DNA of 64,000 nucleotides, taken from positions 552,867 to 616,866 of the forward strand of contig BFEA01000016.1 in NCBI GenBank assembly GCA_003427395.1, read 5' to 3'. The notes beneath the pieces were generated by a model. That model searched no databases. It was not told the DNA's origin and saw only the letters and a program-made list of their open reading frames with translations. Position numbers and translations under genes: made by a program. Positions 63,298 to 64,000 of this stretch are shown here, in pieces (the stretch's first letter is position 1; every line of letters starts with the position of its first letter). Source of the stretch: Chara braunii (Eukaryota > Plantae > Charophyceae).

Positions 63298-64000
63298 CCT
63301 CCCCACGCCCTTCAATTTTGTTGTTTCATTTTCTTTTTTCTTTTCTTGTTTTTTGAATTTTTTTTTTTTTTTTTTTTTGGGGGGGGGGGGTTAAGTTCTA
63401 AATAAAAAGAGCTCCTACCGGTCCTTCAACTCCCCGACCCCCGAAAGTCGCGGTGCGTTAACGGCCGCAACTTTTTTTTTTAGCTGGGCGAGGTACTGGT
63501 GGTTTAAAGGGTCGGTCCCTAGTAATCAACAATGTAATATTGGCGGCCCTTTCGTATAAAACAGCAATCTGGGCTCTCGGTAAACCTGTAACAACTTCCC
63601 TCCAAAGACAGGGGGCAACTTTCTTATGGAGAGGGAATCACGAGTTTTCGATATCAATAAAGCTAGAGGGGGGCTAGGGATAATCGACCCGACTACTCAA
63701 GTGATGACCCTGGCCCTTCAATGGGTAAAAGGTCTTCTCTTTTCCACACAAGCGCCATGGCAACCTTTGGCCTTGCAGCAAATTGCTAGCTAGCACCACC
63801 GCCGGCGCCCACTTAGGTAGAACCGGAGACGTGGCTTGAGGACAGATACTGGACCATTCCGCAAAAATCAACCCGGACCAATGTGGTGGGAGGGTCAGAC
63901 AAACAGGCGCCCAGACAAGACTTAAAAAAAGACCCTCTTTGGGCCACGATACTTAAGAAATGACGTAAGCTGCACCTACCCGACAAAGTCCCTCCAATGC
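61060..64000 (+). pseudogene. Decayed L1-clade LINE ORF2 (RT), interrupted at 62078-63503
   Basis: GIDGLPKEF, LCKKGD..IRNYRLITL, GFIRGRKIQDNI, DFEKAYD, SVRQEDPIGP.LF, FADD; LKGRSLVINN rejoins across the insertion. Confidence 0.88.
62078..63503. mobile_element. TTAA-flanked TIR element with (AG)n/(CT)n tracts, spanning an assembly gap
   Basis: TTAA-GCCACCAGTACCT...AGGTACTGGTGGT-TTAA; same TIR family as 56934-57094. Confidence 0.8.

Overview
Repeat-dense eukaryotic DNA with no convincing host gene. It is plant or streptophyte-alga-like (Chara-like is my inference from gag/PLE protein style, not verified). Bases 1-43045 are a nest of six copies (A-F) of one very long (~7-7.7 kb) non-coding repeat. 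I read this repeat as a giant Ty3/Gypsy LTR: it has TGTCG...CGACA termini and 4-bp TSDs centred on CpG, and copy D is followed by a tRNA-Asp-type PBS and a decayed gag. These LTRs carry (i) sense-oriented, often tandem fragments of abundant structural RNAs (U6 snRNA in B and F, an LSU/28S rRNA segment in C, D and E), (ii) an array of ~9-13 hairpins with variable, self-complementary stems and a conserved 17-19 nt loop whose sequence differs between the U6-type and 28S-type LTRs, and (iii) a second ~120-bp-period array of long hairpins. Also present: a 5'-truncated Penelope-like retroelement with a hammerhead ribozyme, a decayed chromovirus with a -1 frameshift signal and no tRNA PBS, a decayed L1 LINE, several hAT-type MITEs (8-bp TSD), two TTAA-flanked TIR elements, microsatellites and three assembly gaps.
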